In this document: in pieces, positions 53,075 to 64,000 of the stretch
How positions within the stretch are numbered: position 1 is the stretch's first letter
Layout: each line of letters starts with the position of its first letter
From: Mizuhopecten yessoensis
Lineage: Eukaryota
Direction of reading: 5' to 3'
Assembly: GCF_002113885.1 (NCBI RefSeq)
Contig: NW_018480034.1
Location: 386,620-450,619, forward strand
DNA length: 64,000 nucleotides
Position numbers and translations under genes: made by a program
The notes under the pieces: model-generated
Database searches by the model: none
The model's input: only the letters and a program-made list of their open reading frames with translations
Told to the model about the DNA's origin: nothing

Positions 53075-56000
53075 GTAAGAGAACTCCATAAACTACACGG
53101 AGACCCCCCCTCCCCCCCAGCACTCCCCCTCCTCCTCGCAATCCCCCTGGAAACAGGTGCATCCACTGCTGATCTATCTTATCGGTACCATCGTGTCTGC
53201 TACAGATGACCACGGTAATATTCTCTTTAATGCTGACTACTTCTCAAGATAGCAGACACAAGCCCGGAGGAGAAAACATTTGTGATAGAATTTGGTGTGG
53301 AATGTTGAAATGCAGAGTTAACGTTGGGGGCCACATTTTATACAAACTGGTTGTAAAGTACAGGATTGTAATCACTGCGGTCATTTATCTACTGTTAGCC
53401 ATTAAGCACAATGATGAGTCGGCCATTTTCCCATAAGGGAAGATTGCAAGTTCTAGATCTAGACACATTATAAAAGTTTGTGCAGGGCATGGAAAAATCA
53501 CAGGTCCGTTACAATGTAATCTAGGGCACATAGCTTTGTTAAAGCAATAACCTTTTAAGATATCAAATAAAGTAGCAGGTTTGCTTTCTTGCCCGTCAAA
53601 TTGGGGGGACTCAATTCTGGATCAGATGTATTTGATACAGACATCTGTTTTGTTACATGTTGTATTTTACAGACAGTTATTCACAGCTTTGAACACATGT
53701 CCTTTGTAAACAGCTAGACAAGGATAAAATGTGTCTTGATATATTTTTTATCAATATCAGTTTTTTTAATCGTTAATGTATATTTTATATCCTTATAAAT
53801 CTAGACACGTCACATAATATGGTTTCTGCTCTTTATTACAATTACAACCATCGTACCAAAAAAAAAATCGCTATATTTTCTTGTGAGAACATTCTACAAC
53901 AGATCAAATTAAAACATCTGTTTTAGAAAATATTCTTCAAGAATGCCATCTGGTAAATACTACGGAATGTTTATATGAAAATGTACCTCATAAATATATA
54001 CATGATTGTAATACAACATAAGCATATCGTTTAACACAGAGCTGAGATCCCGGGCCCCCACATGGTAAAGAATAACAAGCCAGATTCATTTTATTATACC
54101 CCGGTTTAAACTTCATAGACAGGGCTATTAGCAATTGAAATTTTCCGCCCCTACAAAATTCCTATTTGATATTCGACGGGTCATTAGGCATTCACTTGAA
54201 TTACTTCTAACAATTTATTCATACTGGAGAGAAATAAGTTAATCCCATATTCAATTACGTTTATGACAAACACTGGAAATGTCATTTTAGAAATTGCATC
54301 TGCTAATTGAGACCAGTGTCTCAAACGGTGGTTATGAAGTGCACCCTGTTATACATATACTATCACATGATACATGGGTAGTGACTAAAAGTAGAAATGA
54401 TTTCTGGTTTCTTCATTTTTTAACCAAACTCGTTCAATTTCTTCCTACTTCATGGTAAAAAATAACATAATTGAACTTGAAATCAAACAACAAACTCAGT
54501 GATTTTTGGGACTAAGATTTTTCATCTGAGCCCTGGACTCCTGTAAAGTGTTTTCCCTGTGGTACAACAGGCCAAGTTTTGGAGAACTATTTACATCTCT
54601 TAGTGATGGAGGTCGAGCCATGCTCGTCAAAATGTTTAAAAATAAGTCCAGACTTGGCAGAAAAAAAAACTCTACAAAAATCACTGAAACTTATATACAA
54701 AAGGTAGTCTTCACAAGAATAACTCTCAAGTATAAAAGGTCAAAACTTGTAAGGTCAAGAGTCCCACTTTTAGCCCTTAAGGACCTTACAAGGCAGAGAG
54801 CTTGACTTGGTCAATAACAAAAGGAACAAAATGCAAGTCATTTATACAGTCAGGTGACTAAATTAAACACACTGCCTCAAGGAGAACCGTTAACAGACTG
54901 AATGGTCATTTTATTCAAATTGACCTGGAGTCTGATTGTTAGACTATATCAGACTGTGCCATTCCAGGTGACAGGACTTTTATGAGAAACACACCTGTCA
55001 TCTTGAAAATACTGGTCAGTGATCACAGGGACAATGACCACAGCCGAGGTGATACTCGGACAATGACCACAGTCAAGTTGACACGTGAATTACCTCCCTT
55101 TGTGTCCGTCACCCTGACAGTGCTAAGCGCCAAGGTACTCGGTGGCTGTGTGATAGTGCTATGATTACGAAACAGTAGCTGCAGGGCTCGTCGGTAATAA
55201 GTGAATTATGTGGCGCTAGGTGTAAAGACCTGCAATTATAATTAAGGGCCCCAGGTATTGGAACCTTAAATGTACTTATTCGATATACCCTGCTACATAA
55301 TTATTAATTAATTGACCAATATTAATATAACGAAGCCAATTAATGCATTGTATTCAGTGAAACGTGAGGTTCAATTCAGAAAAAATATAAAGTAATAACT
55401 GTTTCAGTTTCCAGAACATACAGGGTTCAGTTCTGACAAAATTTCAAAATATTATAAAAGGATGTTATACAGTAACACATAAAGTGAAACAACGCGAGAT
55501 GCTAAATGCTAACGTCACGAGACAAATACAAACTTTAATTAAGAATCCAGATTTATAAAATCGATCAATTAAAACAGAAAATAATAATTACAATGGTTCC
55601 ATGCCTGAACAAAGTTAGAGGTCTAGAAATCAAAGTTTCCAGAATGTTCAGGGTTTACATATAAATATATAATTTCAAGTGTGAAACCATAGGACATGGG
55701 ATAATGCATCGGACCTCCGAAGTTAAAGAAGATGATTACAAACAGGTAATTGAATATTACAGGGATTGGCTTAGGGGAGGAATGGGAGAGGGAGACAGTG
55801 TTTTTGTTTGAATCTAACTATTTTAAGATTTCAAAGAAAATATCCACATTCCAGTGACTGCAATATAGAATTATGAGACGAATGTATCAAATGTCTGTTC
55901 TCTTTATATTGTTTTAATAACAAGGCGTCGCCGGGCCGAACTGCCCAGAGGGAACACTTCACATGCAGAAGAATGTCACTGATCCCTGAAGCCTGTTTTA

Positions 56001-59000
56001 TAATTTTATAATGACAAGTCGCATACAACAACGGGCCTACATACTGCATGCTTTCCATTGAATGAGAAAAAAACAAAGTTAAAAAACCCAATGAAAATGT
56101 CAGAAAAATGTCACTGAGCATTTAGGGTTAGGAGGTCAGCGAAACAGCTGTAATTTTTCGATCATTATGTAACCATCATGCCGTTTCTAAATTACACCCC
56201 ACAGGAACGTGACCCCGATTCCTGATCTATAGTGTTCCCCAAGGCAGCAGGGAAACATTTTGAAGCCCATTCTCCTGGAATAATTCCGTCAATGGATTAA
56301 TATACAAAGGCAGAGTTTCTGTTGTAAACTGTTCACTTGAACTATCCTGTTTCCTCCGCAAACAGTCATAACTAAACCACCGAGGACCTGGGGAGGGGAC
56401 ATGAGGGTACTTTATTCCCCCTCAACGAGTTTCTCTTCCACTGCATCACTCCAATGCCCCCTTCCCAAATGCAATTTTCTGCACTTAGTCATAAAATCAT
56501 GTGACATAAAAACCACACAAATAATCCAACCAAATAAAATCTTTCCTTACAAACGAAATGTTATATGTTCCAAGGTTCTGCATATCCTAATACCTGTAGT
56601 CCCACAGCTCCAGGAATGTACCTTTTTTCTCTAGAGAATAGCCCGAAAAAACTGACAAATTAAAGTAAGACTTGTTGAAAAGGATGACAGAAATGATTAT
56701 TTCACCATATTATAGCCAGAGATGAACGAACCCAATTAAATCATTTAAAATGCTGAACTAAGCGTTAAAAGGTCTGACACATGAAGCACACACCCCCACT
56801 CCCCCCACAAAAAAAGCCAGGATTGATACAGGAACATCAAAAGTGCATTTGAGTTGATGATTTTTAATGCCAGTCTGTCATAGAGAATTAGCTACTAATA
56901 GGGAACTTAACTTTCCAAAAAAAAATATCTTATTTTTAAATCTCAATATTGAATTGAATCCTAGACATGCATCAAATTTCACAAGCAAAATGAAACATGT
57001 TGAATATACGAGTCTGAGCTTTGGTTACAGAGTACGTTTAAAAAGGCTGTGTATGGATAGGTGCCAGGACTAGGTGTTAACCTTTCGACAGGCAGATTTA
57101 GACTTCAGGGACACCACACACGAGTCACAGACTCAATCATGTATAATGCACCATCTCTAAAAGCATACATTTTCTGCTGTGTTTTTCTTAAAGCCAGCAA
57201 CCTCTCAAATTTCATTTATGTACTGTTTGCACGCGAAGTAACAGAACACACGTAACTCCAGGGAAAGCTCGGAGTTATGAATCATAGGGGTGAAAACGTC
57301 TGTTTGAGACGAAACTTTAGGGCAAAATAATTGATTGAATCGCATAGACGGAAGACAACTATCCATTACGTTTAGACACAGAGTTACGCTTTATCACTAA
57401 AAACAAGGACAATTTCAAGCTTCCATCGTAAATATAATGATTTTCCTTCATGAATCAGTTCAAGTCTGATAAACAATTTACGTCATTGACAACACAAACT
57501 GTTACGGAACTGTTTGTGTCATTTAGAGAAAACGGAACAAGATAATGTCTTTACGAAACATGCATGTGTCCACATACACCAATTATATATAAAATATTGG
57601 TTTATTGGATGTTGCAATCCGTGACCGAGTCTACACTGGGACAAGGATTTCGTTGGAATAGTCAGCCTTTCTGAATACACAGGTTACATTTAATAGATAT
57701 ATACTTTTACCAGTAGGCAGTGGAAACAACTGCATGTATTCAAGTAAATACAGGTGAGTAATTCTAAAATAAAATGAATTCGATGACACCTGAAAAACTA
57801 GTTCTCTACATTATACATGTATAATGCCTATAATGAACCTCGACCTCATGGTACATAAGAAACTTAGTTCACTATAGCAATATTTCATTACAGAGATTGA
57901 CATTTTATAATTCCTTACAAGAGGGCAGAAATATTACTTTATCATAAACAAGCAACAACAACAAAGATGTATTTTACTGCAGTATAAATCTGTGCAGAAT
58001 TTAAAAGATTTTAAATCACATGTTAAACCCTATGAATTCAATCTTGCAACAAGAACCTAATGAATATTTGAAATTAATTTTCAACGTTTGTGACTGAATC
58101 TGTTATTTTTTCATGAATCTGTTATTTTTTGTCAAAGTCATAATAAACATTCTCACCGTACCTTTATCTGCTAAATCCTAACGGCTTAAGATCATGACAA
58201 GATTATCAAATTAGCAATCACTGCCAAAATAAACGTACTTTGTATTTTGGTTACATCATTGCATATTAGTGCTGGAATGCCATGAAAAGTTTTCCCATTA
58301 ATTATTCATCAGGCCACTTATCTCCCCTTTGCATCACCGCTAATTATTAAAGGCTTCCATTAAGAGCTCGGCTCTCACAGACGATCATGACCGGTGACAT
58401 TTTGTCCGTTCAAAGGCCCAGATTAACGGTTCTGTATCCAACATGTTTTATTTAATTCTGGATGAAGAGTCTAGATGACAATGATCTAAATGCCTGTCTC
58501 CGATTTTTATTGGCGAATTGATGGTATCATGGCGGACTCTCCCGTGTGGTGACTAGAGTCCATTGTGGTGGTCCCCAGAGATCTAGCTTAATAAAAGATG
58601 GCTGCTAAATTCCTTCAAACGCTTGACTGATTATCAGTTGGGGCAAATGACATCACAGTTATCAATCTTGGCTGTGGATCTTTGTGGAAATCGTCCACTT
58701 GTGGTTGCTTTGCATTGAGAGGAACGCAAAAGCAGGAGAATCAAAAATACCGTACAAATGAATAATGCTCCCTTTGCTGTGCATTCTATGACTGCAACGG
58801 GAGCATGTGCAGGGCACTTTATTGCATGCAGACATGCATGAATGGACCAATTATTATTTGCTGTCAAAACCATTTGGAGAGATATTTTAGAAGAACTGTT
58901 GCAATCCTAGAGAGCTTTAACAGAAGAAATATGAAACTGCTAACCATATTATTCCGATCCCTCTGGTATCAGGGGAGACCAAAAAAGACAAGCCAGAAAA

Positions 59001-60240
59001 ACTGCACATGTTGGAGTACCGATACAGACCATGTGGTGATCAAATGTTTCACCAGACAGAAATAAAAAGTTTTCATGCGTTGGGGAGTTTTATTGATAAA
59101 ATAACTTTCTTATATTGTTTTATGCAGGAACCAGACGAACAATTTCCTCATCGCGATCATTTCGCATGCAAAACCAGAGAAACACCTTCGTCAAAGTGCG
59201 TGACAGAACATGAGGAAGATATAGTTGTTATCTACAAGTACGGCGAGAATTCAATTATCGCATACATGTATCCCAAATAAACATCATCAAACAGTGCTGA
59301 AAAAGTCAACAAATATTATATCAAAAAGTATTAAGATAAGGCCATAAGAAAGAAACATGTGTGTCCCCTTTTTCTCTCGTTAACTTTTAGTACCAATGTC
59401 TAACCTGCCTTTTTTTTTATTTTGCTAATTTTAACAAGTGATGTTTAACACTCTCTTTATAATACCCAGGGTAAAAATAAATTCACAAATGAAAAGCTTT
59501 CTGTTTCTATCTGCTACCTGTCCAAGTGTTTTGAGCTGGAGAGGAAACAATTTGTATAGGACTAGAGGTTTTATCAACTTCCCTTTTTGCTATTAAAGGG
59601 GGTCTAACCATTGCAAGATTGTACATAATTTGACACACTGACAAGTGCTTGTAAAATCATACTCCATCTCATTATCATAAAATTTGTTGTTTTAATTATC
59701 TTTTTATTGAAAAGACAAGCAGCTGGAGGAAAGAGTGACGTCAACAAAAAAAATTCTCATGACTTTCCCTCGGTTAAATCATTTAAGCTGTAGGAAATTG
59801 GATTAAAGAATTAGGCCTAAAGAAGCTTAAGGAAAATAAGCCTTTGGTACTACAACACAATCCTGAGAAATATACATCAAGATGGCCAAATGGATAAACA
59901 AATTGTCAAATCTGTGCGAGAAAAATCATCAAAACATGATATCTATCTCTTTTCTTTTCTCTCTTCCATGCTTTTTCATTTTGATGAAATTGCAAAGACG
60001 TTTAACCACAAACAAAAAAGCAAAAAAGAAAGCTGAAAAAATAAATGGCAATAAGCATTTGTCAAGTGACAAATGATGCAACTTTGAGGGGTATTAGCAC
60101 TCTTACTGCAGTAGACAGCTGTCTGTCGTCAGCTTTCAGTGTAATACAAATGGTGTGTGCTTACATGTATGTCTGTTTAAAAATATTTCTCGAAATTCTG
60201 TGTTGCTTATCACGTGAACAAAATCCTTAAGCTTACATAC

Positions 60241-60387
60241 AATCATCGTCCAATTGGCTTATTTCTGTAACAGAAGGCTTTCGTGGGAGATTTTCATTGT
60301 AGCGCCAAACTTTCGCATGGTTGAAAAGCTTAGAAGAACAATTGGTATGCAGCTTTGTCTTTTTGCTGTCTCCAAAATGTCTGTTAC
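60241..60387 (-). CDS. Candidate 147-nt phase 1-1 coding exon (xNRHFGDSKKTKLHTNCSSKLFNHAKVWRYNENLPRKPSVTEISQLDDDx); may extend to the ATG at 60589
   Basis: Acceptor cattttattttctgtag, donor T|GTATGT, symmetric length and an open frame. It lies within a 118-codon non-repetitive ORF. Confidence 0.45.
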
Positions 60388-63300
60388 CTACAGAAAATAA
60401 AATGGCTTCTAAAGCTTTTCTAAGAAGAACAAGGCCAAGCAATTTGCATGAGACTTCTTCTAGCTTGAGATCCACATAGTATTTATTAGAATGTACAACC
60501 CGTCTTAAAGGAAATGATGGGGGTAAAAAAGCATAGGGGACCTTTTTATAAATTGGACTGCTGGCAGTTTCTAGAAATGTCTCTTTCATAATCGCACAGA
60601 GATTACAAAAGAAGACATTCTGAATTAACTTACAATTGTGGTCTTTTATTTCAAATTAAGTTCACACAACCCTGTGGAGACTAGCTTGAACATTGTGTCT
60701 ACATGTATATTAGGCAAGGCCCAATAGAAATGTGTGTTTCAGAGTTTATTCCAAAAGGAGAGCTCGTTAAATTCTATGTTTACGCATTCCTCTGTTACAT
60801 ATACAGGTCGGCAGAAAACAGTTGGTTTGGGCAGAAAACCTACATGTAAAACATATTTTATTAGGCATTACGATAAACTGATTTAAAATTGAAACTCATC
60901 AGTACCAACAAAAGTGTTCCTACTAAAGTCTCCAAATATTTGCAGAAAGACTTAATTAATCTTAATGATAACAACGATTAAATACCTAATTAATTCTTAA
61001 ATACCCCACAGAGAACTTGGAATGTTTTCAGATTATTTTAAAATGTTGTGCAATCTTTGGCATGCAGACAGCAAGGCACAGTTTTGAACCGATATATATA
61101 TATAATATACTGTAATTCTATCAGCACCAATCCCAGTGGTGTAAGTCACCTGTATAAATATTTATACATGGAGAAAATAAAACTACCCTTTTATATAAAC
61201 AGTCGGGAACTGTAATGTTATAAGTTGTGCAGGAAGTTCCAGGGCCATTATTGATGGTTAGGGCAGAGGAATGCTCCCTTCAGCTATTCTATAAATTGAC
61301 CAGCACCTGCAGGTATATACACCATGTACATGTTCAGAGCTTGTATTTAGGGACCCTGGACTCTAATTAGCTGACCCTTAGCTAGGGGTATGGTTCAGGG
61401 TGTTCAATTAAAGTAGGACATCACCATTCAAAAGAATTTGTGAATAATATTAATGTTCAAGTCAAGCTTTTTGACATTCGGCCATTTATTTTTTATAAAG
61501 ATAAGTGGCATTTTCAAAATTTGCATTTTAATATAACTTAAGTACTAAACTTATTTGCATAACAAGTGAAGTTTATGATGTAATAGCTTAAACTCTTTTC
61601 TCCCCACCCACAAACCCCATCAACTTGAAATCTGACCAGATGAATACAAAAAATTAACAGTAAATGCCATTTCCTCACCCAAAAATAGATTTGATCTGCA
61701 AATATATAATCTATCCTTACATTTTTATGGCCTGATATCAGCTCTTGTTAATATTTTAAACTAGACTTTTAAAAAATCTGATGTCATTATTTTTTAGACC
61801 GGCTGTCTTGATACGGTATGACACGATATTGTAGAATGACACAGTATACCTTCCTTCAAATCCGTCAAGGGCAAATGTAAAAAAAAAATCGTGAAGGTGA
61901 CACCAGGTAAACAACTTCATTTGAAAGCTTTGCTTTTTACGGAGCACGAAAGTCAACACAACAAAAGCTATCAGGGCTTCGCATTCATAGTGTAATATGT
62001 TGGGTATAGCGTCTCATTTTTTTTATATCCAATTTAAAAATTTCAAATGGACTATACAGTTAGCTAACAGCTTCCTTTCAATGTAAAATATACTTTGGAA
62101 TGTTTGCATTTCAACAAGCTGTTATTGTAACTATATTTGCATTGAAGAAAGTGTGAATAATTTTAAATTTTAAATGGCCCTCCTTATTAGGACATGACAA
62201 CTGTCGAGTCTAAATTTACACCAACAAGTGATACATACCATTACATACAGTTACAGTAATTGAATTACTTATTTAAAACATCAAAAATGTTAACCCCTGC
62301 CCTGTTCTAAAATATGATATATATCTCAAAAAAGCATTGCAAAAGGTTGCAGCCCTGTGGAATACCTACATTAACTGTAAATGTTAAAAAGTCATTACCT
62401 TAGCTGAAATTTATATCTAAATATTGCAGCCAACATTTGAGGAAAGTGTAAATGAAGATGTACAGTTTCGGTCATTACTGTATGTAATAATTTGAAAAAT
62501 GAATGCTACCAGAATAATTGATTCACTGATAATTTATTCTTAAAAGCATATAAATATTCCAATGATTTAAGGAGATGGTGTAAGAACTTTTATATATGTG
62601 TATGCAACAGAATTATTAAACATACACTTTCAGTAAGTATAGGTATCAAATCTAGAAATCATTTTAATTAATTTGTGATGCTAGTCATTAAGGCACACCC
62701 CACTCTCCATTTCATCACCCTCGGGACCAACTGTCACCTTAAGTCCTTTTAGGGAGGAAATTATGTAACTGTTACATAAAACTTTCTCCTGGTAGGGTAT
62801 CTAAAATCTTAATGGCCCTGATTAGGCTAAACAGGTTCTTCCTAATCCCCCTGAAGGGGGACAAAGTCCAGGGCCTAGCTCTGGTGAACCTGTTTGGTTG
62901 GTGTCAAACTATTGTAAAGTATGTTAGAGGAAAAGTTATTCTTGTTTACTTGTTAGAGAAGTGGTAGCATTGTGTTACATATATAAACACACCTGCTCGA
63001 AGACAACAACAGCTAGAAAAATAAATAAACAGAAAAAGTCCTGCAAACAATACAAAAGTAAACCAATTGTAGATAAAACCTTTTGACACGTGAGAATCGT
63101 ATTACCATTGTGAACCGTCAACATGTCACAAAATGGTGAGAAAATACTCCAAATTTTATATGAACGGTTGATGTTAGGGATCTATAATTGTTTGCATCTC
63201 ATGCATGTGGTTGTGAATTTTCAGGACTTCTAAATGTGCTGAATTAGGTGGCATAATCTTGGTGGAAACTTCAGACCCTTTAGCCCATGGAGGTTGGTCC

Positions 63301-64000
63301 TGATAATCAGCCTCTGGATATATTAGTTAAAGATTCACACATGTCGTTTGATATTCCTGTTCTAGCTGTGAGAAAATATGAGATTAATTTACTCATAGTA
63401 GTGAAATTATACCCAGGAGGAATCAATTAGGCCAAGAAATATGTTTGCCTCCTATAATTCCTTTTGAATGTCGCGACAAAAACACCTGCTAGATCTTAGT
63501 GTGGGTAATACTATGAAAGTTTGGTCAACAAGGTGCTGTGAACTAAACTAATTAAATTAATTCATCAATAAAATTAGGGCCCGATAATAGGTTAATACTT
63601 GAATTGTTTAGAAACTTTAAAAAAATATTACATAACTTTTTCTTCCAAAATCCTGACAGATCTTTTTAATTAACAGTGTCAATAAAAAACATTTAAACTG
63701 GGGCCATATATGCCACTTTCCTTTCAAAGGAAATGAAATCAGTTTTAACTGAATTGAAATGTCTCAATTTGCTACTGCTGGCACAGTTTGTGAGCTCTGT
63801 GATAGAGTCACTGACATTATCTCACAAAGGAAAGCATTATTTACCTGTAAACGCCAAATAAAGGGTCTGCCTGGAGCAAAAGTAATTAAGGTAATAGAAT
63901 TAATTTCATTATGGGGTCATGACCGATTTCACAGGTATGAGTATATTAGGAATATATTACCTGTCACAAGGAGAGCTAGCATGGCAGGTAAGAATTTGAA

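Overview
This is AT-rich (roughly one-third GC by eye) eukaryotic, almost entirely non-coding DNA, most likely from a bivalve mollusc. That assignment is an inference from two tRNA-derived V-domain SINEs and a Helentron/HINE-like fragment recognised from memory. There is no recognisable protein-coding gene, operon, rRNA, true tRNA or CRISPR array. Most long ORFs in the supplied track are artefacts of minisatellites. The best-supported content is a set of tandem arrays with unusual internal order: (1) abutting, apparently related 34-bp and 35-bp arrays at 6.35-10.66 kb, the second carrying a near-perfect GGAA single-nucleotide higher-order code; (2) a 120-bp ABCD higher-order array at 22.1 kb; (3) a triplicated 157-bp cassette with a nested 33-bp VNTR of 2, 18 and 8 copies at 36.8-38.2 kb. 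SINE and MITE relics are also present. Several splice-signal-bounded candidate exons, mostly on the minus strand, plus clustered TGCATG, CAGGTA and AGGTCA motifs suggest the window may be the long 5'/intronic region of a large, alternatively initiated gene. That is a hypothesis only. I found no convincing novel biological system.
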